In this document: piece by piece, positions 1-8,805 of the stretch | Layout: each line of letters starts with the position of its first letter | Position numbering within the stretch: position 1 is the first letter of the stretch | Assembly: GCA_963714085.1 (NCBI GenBank) | Contig: OY970229.1 | Coordinates: 1,440,001 to 1,504,000, forward strand | DNA length: 64,000 nt | Direction of reading: 5' to 3' | Origin: an uncultured Candidatus Micrarchaeota archaeon | GTDB taxonomy: Archaea; Micrarchaeota; Micrarchaeia; Anstonellales; Bilamarchaeaceae | The notes under the pieces: model-generated | Seen by the model: only the letters and a program-made list of their open reading frames with translations | Database searches by the model: none | Told to the model about the DNA's origin: nothing | Translations under genes and position numbers: made by a program

Positions 1-16
1 GGAAAAGAAATAGGGA

Positions 17-235
17 CTACTTGCCCTTGGCCTTCGTCTCAGGGACCTGGCACATCGGGCAGGCGTTCATCTTATGTATCATGAACGACAGGCCGAACAG
101 CGCCAGCAGCACGCCGGCGACGATGTTCGCCGTAGTCGCGGCCATGGAGCCGAGTCCGGAGAGCAGAAGCGCCAGTCCGGCTATCAATGCCAGCAGGCCA
201 GAGATTATTCCGCATGTCTTACACATCATAGTCAT
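17..235 (-). CDS. Small two-TM membrane protein with CxxC motifs at both ends
   Basis: 72-aa ORF with two hydrophobic helices, CKTC and CPMC motifs, and a GGTGA SD-like site upstream; directly downstream of NMD3. Confidence 0.7.
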   Translation of the reverse strand: MTMMCKTCGIISGLLALIAGLALLLSGLGSMAATTANIVAGVLLALFGLSFMIHKMNACPMCQVPETKAKGK

Positions 236-284
236 ATCACCCCTGCCTAAGGCTCCCGAGACAAGGTTTTTATCGCTTTCTGGA

Positions 285-905
285 TCAGACCCGTATGGCG
301 TAGCTCATGCGGTAGAGCCTCTTCCCGTCCCTCCTCCCGAAGAGCTTCCTGGCTATGGAGGGCTTGAAGCCGAGCTCGTGAAGCACGGATGTGGCCGCCT
401 TGGAGCTGCCCACGTAGAGGTCCAGCCCGCCGTGCATCTCCTCTATCTTGGATACGAAGGTCTTCTTGGCGAGCCTTTTTTCCAGCCTGATGGCCTGCTC
501 CTCCACGCGGGAGGGCTCGCCCCTCAGCTGCACTATCGCCTCGTAATAGCCGCCCGAGGAGCGGGAGCAGTCCGGGCACATGGTGACCTGCTTCTGCAGA
601 TCGACCTGCCGCTGCACGGTCACCTTCTTCCCTGCCTTCTCGAACGTGAAGCTGCAGACCCCTGTGTCTATGTCGCAGTCCGCGTCGACGAAATCGCCCT
701 TGCATTTGCCGGCCACGTATTCGCTTATCTTCCTGCGGTTCAGCTGCTGCCACTGGCCCTGCAGGGACATCCTGTTGCAGCGCTTGCACTGCTGGACCTC
801 CAGCCTCTTGGGCAGCTTGATGTTGAATTCGTAGCAGTCTATGCAGAAGGCCTCCACGAACTCCTTCTCGTCCGAGGTCTTCCCGCATCTGGGGCATATG
901 AGCAT
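285..905 (-). CDS. nmd3: NMD3-family ribosome export/maturation protein
   Basis: CPRCG...FCIDC...CKRC...CPDCSR..GGYYEAIVQLRG and C-terminal KLFGRRDGKRLYR pattern of archaeal NMD3. Confidence 0.9.
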   Translation of the reverse strand: MLICPRCGKTSDEKEFVEAFCIDCYEFNIKLPKRLEVQQCKRCNRMSLQGQWQQLNRRKISEYVAGKCKGDFVDADCDIDTGVCSFTFEKAGKKVTVQRQVDLQKQVTMCPDCSRSSGGYYEAIVQLRGEPSRVEEQAIRLEKRLAKKTFVSKIEEMHGGLDLYVGSSKAATSVLHELGFKPSIARKLFGRRDGKRLYRMSYAIRV

Positions 906-954
906 GTTTTATATATGCCATCCCCGATATAAAAACCATTTGGTGGGGACCACG

Positions 955-2724
955 ATGAAGGATAACATAAAATCAGCGGTCGGGCTGACCTCCTACTTCT
1001 TCTCATTACCCCCTGTGCACGTGGTGGCCCTCGCCATGCTTGCGGTCGCGTGCATCTTCGGCATCGCGTTCAATCTCTGGAACTACAGCGGCGTCGAGCT
1101 GCTCAGGCACGGCATCGTGGACGGCGCCCTGCTGCTCGCCATGCCCGCGCTGCTCACCTGCGCCGTGATCAAGCTCATGATACGGAAGATGCCGCTGCGC
1201 AGGATCGCGGCCGTGGCCCTGGCCGGAGAGGTCATATACGGGCTGGCCTACCTGGTCAGCCTGCTCCTCGTGGGGGTCAACGCCCTCATGTCCGAGCTCA
1301 TCCTCCTTCTCGGGGCCGCGCTGGTGTTCATCCTCTGGTACGCCATAGCCAGGCTGGTCTTCATACTGAAATACCGCTCCGTGCTCTTCGCCATAATCCA
1401 GCTGCTCTTCTACCTGATGTTCCTCGTCAACAGCCACATATTCGTGCTGGGGACGAGCTCGCTGGCCTACGCGGCCAGGTTCTACGTGGCCTCCTTCGTG
1501 CTCTTCGGCGCGCTCTACATATTCTTCCTCATCATCAACGCGCCCATGAAGAAGAGCTTCGGCTTCAGCTCCACGGACGCGTTCACGCTCTTCATAAGCC
1601 AGTGGCTCTACCATAACAAGGACCTGGAGAAGGCCCTGGAGAGCGTCGGCGCGAGGGTGAGGACGCTCGTAACCGTGATGGGCTTCCAGAGGGATAAGGG
1701 CGACGTCTATTTCGCGACGCCGCTCGTGCACTTCGGCCCCTTCGGCAACCTCGGGGGGAGCGAGTTCTCATACCTGCTCGCCGACACGCTGGAGAAGAAG
1801 TACGGCGCCAAGGCGTTCGTTTTCCACGGCACCGTGACCCATGACCTGAACCCGGTCTCGGCCGCCCAGCTCGAGAGCATCGTCTCGGCATGCGACAGCT
1901 GCATCGCGGAGGCCCGGTTCCGCGACGCCCAGGTCTCGCTGCTCAAGGGGAAGGAGGCCGAGTGCAGGGCCGAGGGCTTCATGATAAACGATTCCGCGTT
2001 CATCGGGCTGAGCAGGGCGCCCTACGTCACGGAGGACGTGAACCTCGGGCTCGGGCTCTTTATAATGAAGGAGGCGGAGAAGAAGGCTGACATCGCCATG
2101 GTGGTGGACCAGCACAACGCGGAGACAGGCGACATAACGAGCTTCGAGCCGGGCGACATAGTCGGCTACAACTACATGCGGGCGGTGGAGGACGCGTTCG
2201 CCAGGGGCGCCAAGAAAGGGAGCAAGCTGAAGATAGGCGTGTCCTGCAGGCCCTTCGATACCAGCCACGTGGGCAAGGCCGGGATAAAGGTCGCGGTCCT
2301 CTCTTCCTCTCCGGAGTACGTCCTCGTCCTCATAGACTCGAACGGCGTCACCCCGGAATACCGCGACGCCCTCGAGGCCAAGGTCAAGGAGGTCGGCAGG
2401 AAGCTGGGGCGGGACTGGGAGGTCGGCATCTGCACGACCGACACCCACCAGACCAACGTGGTGCGGGGGGTGGTCAATCCGCTCAAGGAGGAGGACCGCA
2501 TGCTGGCCGAGGTCGCCTCCGCGGTGGAAGAGGCCGCCAAAGACATGGCCCCGGCGAAGTTCTTCGCCGCCAAGAAGTGGTTCGACATAGACGTCCTGGG
2601 CGCCAGGCAGTCCATAGAGATAGTCTCCACCGTGAACTCCATAGTCGCGGTCGCGAAGATAACCCTTCCGCTCATCCTCATAGGCGCGATGCTGCTGTTA
2701 TTGGCGATACTGACGAAAATCTGA
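955..2724 (+). CDS. DUF2070-family membrane protein
   Basis: N-terminal TM bundle followed by VHFGPFGNLGGS, FHGTVTHDLNP, DQHN, DSN and TTDTH motifs; start moved to ATG at 955. Confidence 0.85.
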   Translation: MKDNIKSAVGLTSYFFSLPPVHVVALAMLAVACIFGIAFNLWNYSGVELLRHGIVDGALLLAMPALLTCAVIKLMIRKMPLRRIAAVALAGEVIYGLAYLVSLLLVGVNALMSELILLLGAALVFILWYAIARLVFILKYRSVLFAIIQLLFYLMFLVNSHIFVLGTSSLAYAARFYVASFVLFGALYIFFLIINAPMKKSFGFSSTDAFTLFISQWLYHNKDLEKALESVGARVRTLVTVMGFQRDKGDVYFATPLVHFGPFGNLGGSEFSYLLADTLEKKYGAKAFVFHGTVTHDLNPVSAAQLESIVSACDSCIAEARFRDAQVSLLKGKEAECRAEGFMINDSAFIGLSRAPYVTEDVNLGLGLFIMKEAEKKADIAMVVDQHNAETGDITSFEPGDIVGYNYMRAVEDAFARGAKKGSKLKIGVSCRPFDTSHVGKAGIKVAVLSSSPEYVLVLIDSNGVTPEYRDALEAKVKEVGRKLGRDWEVGICTTDTHQTNVVRGVVNPLKEEDRMLAEVASAVEEAAKDMAPAKFFAAKKWFDIDVLGARQSIEIVSTVNSIVAVAKITLPLILIGAMLLLLAILTKI

Positions 2725-2749
2725 ACAAGATAAGCGCGCGTCCCGGAGC

Positions 2750-3412
2750 TCAGCCCCGCAGAATCTCAACTGTCTTTCGTATCTCGCCCTCGCATCTTCT
2801 GCAGAAATCCAATGCCCCATCCACGACGACCTCGACGAAGTCCATGATCCCGAAATGCTCCTGCATCAGGCAAGACTTGTCAATGCATCCCTGCTCGCCG
2901 GGCCCGTGATCGACAAGCGCGTGCCCGGCCGCGTTGCGGACGAGCAGTTCCACGGTGCGCTCGGCGGTCTCAGGTTCGAGCGCATACTCCTGGCTCCCCC
3001 TTTCGAAGGAGAACGTATCGCGCACTCCTGCCACGGTGACGAGCGCGCCGGTCTGGAATCCGCCCCTGCAGGGTACATCATCCTCGAGCCCGCGGACCAC
3101 GCCGCCCGATAAGAATATCGGCACATCTATCAGGCCGATTCCGGTCACCGCTTCCCTGTTGGACCTGGCATCGGGATTGCCGCCAAGCCCAGGCACCAGG
3201 AACGAGGTATTTATGCGCACGGGTCTTTTTGAGCCGAGCGCTCTCAGAAGCTCCGCGGCCAGTTTGACATTCTCCAGCGCCCGCTCGCTGAGCACCGCGT
3301 CCTCGGCTTTTATGCCGTATCTCTCGAAGCTCTTCAGCCCGCGGACCGCGGCCGCCACCTCTTTTGGGCTCAGGCCATCCTTGTGGACCAGCCTGAATAC
3401 CGGGTAAGTCAT
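2750..3412 (-). CDS. Archaemetzincin-like paralog 1, degenerate catalytic motif (NAAGH)
   Basis: CIDKSCLM...FCRRC Cys4 motif retained, HExxH replaced; start set from the spacing of the shared promoter. Confidence 0.75.
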   Translation of the reverse strand: MTYPVFRLVHKDGLSPKEVAAAVRGLKSFERYGIKAEDAVLSERALENVKLAAELLRALGSKRPVRINTSFLVPGLGGNPDARSNREAVTGIGLIDVPIFLSGGVVRGLEDDVPCRGGFQTGALVTVAGVRDTFSFERGSQEYALEPETAERTVELLVRNAAGHALVDHGPGEQGCIDKSCLMQEHFGIMDFVEVVVDGALDFCRRCEGEIRKTVEILRG

Positions 3413-3420
3413 GCGCATGG

Positions 3421-3445
3421 TGTTATAGAAACAATATTTAACTGC
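3421..3445 (-). promoter_or_regulatory. Conserved TATA promoter of paralog 1
   Basis: Minus strand AGTTAAATATTGTTTCTATAACA ending 9 nt before the ATG; same element precedes all five paralogs. Confidence 0.7.
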
Positions 3446-3493
3446 TTCCATGACTGGGGGTTTCCAGAATCCGCCATCCCCTGCCGCGAAAAT

Positions 3494-4207
3494 CTAGTCG
3501 TCCTCGGGCTCGTGCAGCAATCCGATTTCGTTCTGTATGAGCCTTATGCATTCCCTGCAGAAACCCAATCTGACATTGATTATCTGCCTGACGAAGTGGT
3601 CGATCCCAGGTGCCGCCTGCATCAGGCAGTCGGGATGATCGCAGTGCCACTCGTCCTCTAGGGTCTTTGCGTTCCTGCCATAGCTCTCGATGAGGACATG
3701 GCCTGCCTCGTGACAGACCGCGATCTCCAAGGCGCGCATGGCGGTCTCCGGATGCTTGGTGTATTCCCCGCGCACGGTGTCGAAGCCGAAGGCGCCGCGC
3801 AGCCCTGACACGGTGACGAGCGCGCCGCCCCGGTATCTGTTGGCGCCTATCACCCTCTCCTCGGTTTTGTCCTTCGGGCTATCGACGCAAAGGAATATGG
3901 GCTCGTCGCTCAGGCCGATGCCTATGACGAGGCTACCCTGCCGGGATGCCTTCATGATATCGAAGTATTCGGGGCCGAGCCGCGGCACCAGGAAGCTATC
4001 GAACCTCATGTGCAGGGGCCCTTTCGTGCCGAGCGCATTCAGCAGCTGCCCGCCCATCCTGACTCCTTTTACCGCCTCATCGCTTATGGGCCGGACGTCG
4101 TATCGGATGTCGAACGCCCTGAACCTGTCGAGGCCTCTGGATGCGGCCGCTATCTCCGCGGCGCTCAGGCCGGGCCTGTGGATGAGGCTGAACATGACTT
4201 CCGTCAT
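3494..4207 (-). CDS. Archaemetzincin-like zinc metalloprotease paralog 2, intact HExxH
   Basis: HEAGH...HCDHPDCLM...FCREC matches the archaemetzincin HExxH..H-Cx4CxM..CxxC motif, with an insertion before the third His. Confidence 0.8.
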   Translation of the reverse strand: MTEVMFSLIHRPGLSAAEIAAASRGLDRFRAFDIRYDVRPISDEAVKGVRMGGQLLNALGTKGPLHMRFDSFLVPRLGPEYFDIMKASRQGSLVIGIGLSDEPIFLCVDSPKDKTEERVIGANRYRGGALVTVSGLRGAFGFDTVRGEYTKHPETAMRALEIAVCHEAGHVLIESYGRNAKTLEDEWHCDHPDCLMQAAPGIDHFVRQIINVRLGFCRECIRLIQNEIGLLHEPEDD

Positions 4208-4213
4208 GCATAT

Positions 4214-4238
4214 ATTGTTATAGAAAGAATGTTTAAAT
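4214..4238 (-). promoter_or_regulatory. Conserved TATA promoter of paralog 2
   Basis: Minus strand TTTAAACATTCTTTCTATAACAAT with identical spacing to the ATG. Confidence 0.7.
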
Positions 4239-4267
4239 GCTCCTATACCCGGACCGACGGAAGGCCT

Positions 4268-4954
4268 TCAGGCCGACCTTAGCAATCCGAGCTCCATCAT
4301 CATGCGCTCCATGCATTCCCTGCAGAAACCCAAATCGCGCCTCACGATGCGCTCGACGAAATCGCGTAATCCGGAATTCTCCTGCATCAGGCATTGGCGA
4401 TAGGGGCAGTGCGTTTCCTCGGCGGGGCTGTCGCCGCTCCTCCCATAGCTTTCAACGAGTATGTGTCCCACCTTGTGGCAGATGCCTAGCTCCAGGGCCT
4501 GCATGGCGATGTCCTGGTCCCTGCCATAGCTCCAGTTCCTGCTGTCGAAGTCGAACGCCTTGCGCAGCCCTGACACGGTGACGAGCGCGCCGCGCTGGTA
4601 TCTGGCCATGCCCATCGCCTGCTCCTGCTCCACGTCGTCATTGATGGCGAAAATCTGCGTATCCGTCAGGCCGACGCCTATGACGCCCATCCGCTCCTGT
4701 ATGAGCTGCCTGAAGTCCGTGCCCGGCTCCGACCTGAGGAATGCGATTGGATCGAGGCGCAACGGCCCGTCCGAGCCGAGCGCCTTCAGCAGCTGCCCGC
4801 CCATCCTGACGCCCTGCACAGTGTCAGCGCCTATCATCCGGACATCGTATTCCGCGCCGTAGGCCGCGAACCTCCTGAAAGCCCGTGCCGCGGCATCCAG
4901 CTCAGGGGCGGCCAGGCCGGGCTTGCAGAAGAGCGTGAATGTCGTTCTCTTCAT
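4268..4954 (-). CDS. Archaemetzincin-like paralog 3 (HKVGH, catalytic Glu to Lys)
   Basis: HKVGH...HCPYRQCLM...FCREC; strong similarity to paralog 2. Confidence 0.75.
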   Translation of the reverse strand: MKRTTFTLFCKPGLAAPELDAAARAFRRFAAYGAEYDVRMIGADTVQGVRMGGQLLKALGSDGPLRLDPIAFLRSEPGTDFRQLIQERMGVIGVGLTDTQIFAINDDVEQEQAMGMARYQRGALVTVSGLRKAFDFDSRNWSYGRDQDIAMQALELGICHKVGHILVESYGRSGDSPAEETHCPYRQCLMQENSGLRDFVERIVRRDLGFCRECMERMMMELGLLRSA

Positions 4955-4960
4955 GCATAT

Positions 4961-4986
4961 ATTGTTATAGAAAGGATATTTAACTG
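4961..4986 (-). promoter_or_regulatory. Conserved TATA promoter of paralog 3
   Basis: Minus strand CAGTTAAATATCCTTTCTATAACAAT. Confidence 0.7.
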
Positions 4987-5002
4987 TTCTGTTTCAAGAC
5001 GC

Positions 5003-5695
5003 TCAGACCGGCCGCAGATCCCTGAGTCCCGCCCTTATGCGGTACTCGCATGCCCTGCAGAAGCGAAATCCGGCATTCACGATGCGCCCGAGGAAGTCCT
5101 CCAGCCCGGAGCTCTCCTGCAACAGGCAGGAGCTGTTGGGGCAGTGCCGTTCTCCCATGGAGCCCCTCGCGTTCAACCCATCGGCTTCGATGAGCACGTG
5201 GCCGGCCGCCCTGAGCACGGCGAGCTCCATCGCACGCATGACTGCCTGCTCGTCCTTGTACCGTCCGGTTTCCGTGTCGAAGCCGAAGGCCTTGCGCAGC
5301 CCTGAAACGCTGACCAGCGAGCCGCGTCGGTATCTGCTCGCGTCCATCACTTCATGCTCCCTCGCATCCAATCCTACGTTGGTGGATACGAACACCCGCT
5401 CTTCGGTCAGGCCGATGCCTATGCTGCCGACACTGTCCCATAAGGACTGGTCCGGCACATCCGCCATAAGGAATACGCTGGAATCGAGATGCAGCGGGCC
5501 GCGCGTGGTGAGCGCTTTCAGCAGCTGCGCGCCCATCTTCATCTTCTCCACCGCCCCCTCGCCGATAAGCCGGACGTCAAATTGGACATTGTATTTCGCG
5601 AGGCTGTTCATGGCGCGCCTGGCGGCATAAATTTCCGTGGGCGCGATGCTGGGCTTGGAGAGGACGCTGAACATGGGCCCTTTCATTTTTCTCAT
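5003..5695 (-). CDS. Archaemetzincin-like paralog 4 (RAAGH)
   Basis: RAAGH...HCPNSSCLL...FCRAC; shares YxxGxLVxVSGLR with its neighbours. Confidence 0.75.
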   Translation of the reverse strand: MRKMKGPMFSVLSKPSIAPTEIYAARRAMNSLAKYNVQFDVRLIGEGAVEKMKMGAQLLKALTTRGPLHLDSSVFLMADVPDQSLWDSVGSIGIGLTEERVFVSTNVGLDAREHEVMDASRYRRGSLVSVSGLRKAFGFDTETGRYKDEQAVMRAMELAVLRAAGHVLIEADGLNARGSMGERHCPNSSCLLQESSGLEDFLGRIVNAGFRFCRACEYRIRAGLRDLRPV

Positions 5696-5701
5696 GGGTT
5701 T

Positions 5702-5727
5702 ATTGTTATAGAAAGGATATTTAACTG
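5702..5727 (-). promoter_or_regulatory. Conserved TATA promoter of paralog 4
   Basis: Minus strand CAGTTAAATATCCTTTCTATAACAAT, identical to that of paralog 3. Confidence 0.7.
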
Positions 5728-5743
5728 CTCCCTTACCTGGGCA

Positions 5744-5795
5744 TCAGGCGCCGACCATCATCCTCAGCACGTCGCGGATGCCCGGGGCGAAGCCC
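5744..5795. repeat. 52-bp exact direct repeat of the DUF63 gene 3' end (other copy 6597-6648)
   Basis: tcaggcgccgaccatcatcctcagcacgtcgcggatgcccggggcgaagccc occurs at both positions. Confidence 0.95.
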
Positions 5796-5834
5796 TTGCG
5801 CGTAAATCGGCCTCATCCGGGTCCTGTAATCCTT

Positions 5835-6554
5835 TCATTCCCTCGCCAGCATCTCCGTCTCGCGCGCTATCATCCTGGCGCAGTCCTCGCAGAACTCGAG
5901 CCCCCGCCTGGCTATCTCGGTCAAATCCGTGATGTGGGTGAGCTTCTGCATGATGCATGACCAGTGCCTGCAGTTCTCGGTCTCCTTGTCATCCTGCCTC
6001 ATGCCCAAGCTCCGTATGAACACCCGGCCCATCTGGCGCGTGAGCATCGCATCCATTATGCTCGCCACGAGCTCCGGGTCGCCGTATTCCCGCCTTCGCG
6101 GGTCAATGGGCACAGTGGAATAGAACCTCTCGCGCAGTCCATACACGCTGACAAGCGCGCCCGTGCGGTACCTGCCCAGGCCAACCGGCTCGTATTCCGA
6201 CCCTCCCCTCCCTCCGATCTGCAGGCGCAATTCCTTCTCGGTCAGGCAGACGCCTATGATGCCGGGCCCGATGCGGGCCGGGTCTATGGGGCGCGTCCCA
6301 TCCATCGGCACGAGGAACGTCTGCGGGTCTATATGTGCCGCGCCTATGGCTCTTATGATCCACTCGTGGTGCCAGAACAAGCTCACGCCCCTGAGCGCAC
6401 GGCTATCGAGTTCCTGGATGTCGTACCGCAGGGGCTTCGCGGCGTCGCCTTCGGGGCCGTAAGCAGCGAACCTGTCGAGCGCCCTGCGCGCACCCTGCAG
6501 CTCCGGCTGGAGTATGCCCCGCTCGTGCAACAGCCTGAGCTTCGGTCCTTTCAT
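5835..6554 (-). CDS. Archaemetzincin-like paralog 5 (RQMGR, all catalytic ligands lost)
   Basis: CRHWSCIM...FCEDC retained; GRYRTGALVSVYGLR shared with the other paralogs. Confidence 0.7.
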   Translation of the reverse strand: MKGPKLRLLHERGILQPELQGARRALDRFAAYGPEGDAAKPLRYDIQELDSRALRGVSLFWHHEWIIRAIGAAHIDPQTFLVPMDGTRPIDPARIGPGIIGVCLTEKELRLQIGGRGGSEYEPVGLGRYRTGALVSVYGLRERFYSTVPIDPRRREYGDPELVASIMDAMLTRQMGRVFIRSLGMRQDDKETENCRHWSCIMQKLTHITDLTEIARRGLEFCEDCARMIARETEMLARE

Positions 6555-6560
6555 AGGCCT

Positions 6561-6584
6561 ATTGTTGTAAAAAGGATATTTAAT
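6561..6584 (-). promoter_or_regulatory. Conserved TATA promoter of paralog 5
   Basis: Minus strand ATTAAATATCCTTTTTACAACAAT with the same spacing. Confidence 0.7.
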
Positions 6585-6596
6585 CGTTGTGCTGGC

Positions 6597-7439
6597 TCAG
6601 GCGCCGACCATCATCCTCAGCACGTCGCGGATGCCCGGGGCGAAGCCCATTATCATCAGGACGAGCGCGATGTAGCGCTTGTCGCCCGCGTCCATGTCCT
6701 CCTTCATGACGAAATAGGCCGCTGCGAAGGACACCGCTATCTTCACCAGGTAGAACGCGAAATACGTCCGCCCTATCGTGCCGATGCCGCTCGCCACGAC
6801 ATGCTGCTCGAAGTACTGTATGCCGCTTATCCTGGAGAACACGTCTATGACGAAGAACGTGGCAGCGCCGTCCAGCGCATGGCCGGCGACGATGCCAGCC
6901 AGGACGCTGTCCCTGAAATACAGGTACGCGATGGCGGCCGGGACCGCGGCCAGCAGCATCACGGGCACCGCGTAGAGCGCGTACTGCATGAAGGGGACCA
7001 GCAGCAGGAAATGGGGGAGCCAGAGCACGAGCCCTACGTACATGAGCCATTCCATCCTCTTCATCCGATAAAGGACCGCCATGGAGACGAAGAGCAGGGC
7101 CGCGGTGACCAGGTATATCCCGGGCGAGGCGGTGAGGAAGCCGTAATCATAGATGTGCGAATTGAGCACGAGCGCATGCACCGGGGTCACGGGCTTGAAC
7201 ACCCCGCTGCCTATCGCATCCGTGACCACCCGCACGGTGGAGCCCAGGAGCACGAAGCTCAGGACGCCGCAGACGAAGCTCCGGTCGAACGCGATCTTCG
7301 TCTTCAGGTAGCGGTAGAGCAGGTAGACCGCCGCTATCGCGATGATGGCGTAGGTGAGGGTGTTCACGACGTTGTAGCCCTCGTGCGAGAGCAGCGGTTC
7401 GAGATAATAATCATTAATAAAGCTATCCAGAGTAGGCAT
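6597..7439 (-). CDS. DUF63-family membrane protein
   Basis: GYNVVNTLTYA, GHALDGAATF, EQHVV and GFAPGIRD motifs; multiple TM segments. Confidence 0.85.
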   Translation of the reverse strand: MPTLDSFINDYYLEPLLSHEGYNVVNTLTYAIIAIAAVYLLYRYLKTKIAFDRSFVCGVLSFVLLGSTVRVVTDAIGSGVFKPVTPVHALVLNSHIYDYGFLTASPGIYLVTAALLFVSMAVLYRMKRMEWLMYVGLVLWLPHFLLLVPFMQYALYAVPVMLLAAVPAAIAYLYFRDSVLAGIVAGHALDGAATFFVIDVFSRISGIQYFEQHVVASGIGTIGRTYFAFYLVKIAVSFAAAYFVMKEDMDAGDKRYIALVLMIMGFAPGIRDVLRMMVGA

Positions 7440-7442
7440 CAC

Positions 7443-7745
7443 ATGGTTGATGGCCGGAAAAAGCTTATAAAATCCAGCGTCAGGCAGTCCATAGCGAAGC
7501 TGATGGACGAGGCGCAGGACGCCTGGGCCGCCGGCAGGCCCGAGCGCGCCAGGCGCTACGCGCAGATGTCGATGGATCTCGTCAGGAAGCACAAGGTCCG
7601 GCTCAGCGAGGACCAGAAGCGCATGTTCTGCAGGAAGTGCTTCACATGGTGGGTGCCCGGAGACACCGTGAAGCTGGCCTTCGACAAGCGCCACAACGTC
7701 ATACGCATGAAGTGCGCGAACTGCGGCTACACGAGAAGGCTCTAG
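7443..7745 (+). CDS. rnp4: RNase P protein component 4 (Rpp21)
   Basis: ARRY...KRMFCRKC...PG...CANCGYTRR; the real gene is the C-terminal part of the 5964..7745 ORF. Confidence 0.9.
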   Translation: MVDGRKKLIKSSVRQSIAKLMDEAQDAWAAGRPERARRYAQMSMDLVRKHKVRLSEDQKRMFCRKCFTWWVPGDTVKLAFDKRHNVIRMKCANCGYTRRL

Positions 7746-7784
7746 GACAATCATTTTTATATCTTGCTCCGCAATCCCATACTC

Positions 7785-8768
7785 ATGTTCTACGAGCTGG
7801 CAAAGCCAGATGTCGCTGAAGTCGAGAAATACATCGCTTCAGTCCTGGAGCCGGAGCGGAAGGAGGTCTACGGCATGCTCCTGCCCTACATAATGCGCGG
7901 CGGCAAGCGCATGAGGCCCATGCTCGCCATACTCTCCTGCCGGGCAGTGGGCGGGGACACGAAGGCGCTCATAAAGCCGGCCGGCATAATCGAGATGTTC
8001 CACAATTTCAGCCTCATCCACGACGACATAGCGGACAGCTCCCAGTTCAGGCGCGGCGAGCCCACGCTCCACATGAGCCACGGCACGCCGATAGCGCTCA
8101 ATTCCGGGGACGCGCTCTACACGCTCCTGCTCAAGGAGCTGGTGGGATTGGACATGCCCAGGGCGAAGCACCTGGAGCTCCAGAGGAGGTACATCGCCAC
8201 GTTCAAGCAGGTCGTGGAGGGCCAGGGCACCGAGCTCGCCTGGGAGCGCTCCGGGCGGTTCGACGTGAGCGAGGAAGAGTACCTCGCGATGATCGACGGC
8301 AAGACTTCCGCGCTCATCGGCCTCTCCTGCGAGACCGGCGCATATCTCTCGGGCGCGCCCAAGCGCGTGTGCTCGCGCCTGGCCAGGTTCGGCAAGAAGG
8401 TCGGCGCCGCGTTCCAGATACACGACGACGTGCTCAACGTCACCGGGACCTTCGAGAAGTACAAGAAGGAGATCGGAGGCGACGTCACCGAGGGCAAGCG
8501 TACCCTCATGGTGATCCACTGCCTGAAGAACTGCGACGCCGCCGAAGGGGACAGGATAAGGGCCATACTCGGAGGCCACAGCGCGAAAAAAGAGGACATA
8601 GACTACGTGGTATCCTCGTTCAGGAAGCACGGCTCTGTGGAGTACGCGCGCGGCATCTCCGCGAGGCTCGCGGCCGAAGCCCGCTCCGAGCTCTCCATGC
8701 TCGGCGCCTCGGAGGCCAGGGAGGCGCTGCTCGCGCTCTGCGACTACGCGATATCGAGGGACACCTGA
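7785..8768 (+). CDS. idsA: Polyprenyl diphosphate synthase (GGPP synthase type)
   Basis: GGKRMRP, HDDIAD..RRG, GQ, KT and FQIHDD motifs. Confidence 0.9.
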   Translation: MFYELAKPDVAEVEKYIASVLEPERKEVYGMLLPYIMRGGKRMRPMLAILSCRAVGGDTKALIKPAGIIEMFHNFSLIHDDIADSSQFRRGEPTLHMSHGTPIALNSGDALYTLLLKELVGLDMPRAKHLELQRRYIATFKQVVEGQGTELAWERSGRFDVSEEEYLAMIDGKTSALIGLSCETGAYLSGAPKRVCSRLARFGKKVGAAFQIHDDVLNVTGTFEKYKKEIGGDVTEGKRTLMVIHCLKNCDAAEGDRIRAILGGHSAKKEDIDYVVSSFRKHGSVEYARGISARLAAEARSELSMLGASEAREALLALCDYAISRDT

Positions 8769-8805
8769 CCAAAGGTTTAAATATTTGCCCCGATAATCCT
8801 TGCTC

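Noticed and set aside
5964..7442. 593-aa ORF 5964..7745 as one protein
   Set aside because: Antisense shadow of paralog 5 and DUF63; only 7443..7745 (Rpp21) is credible
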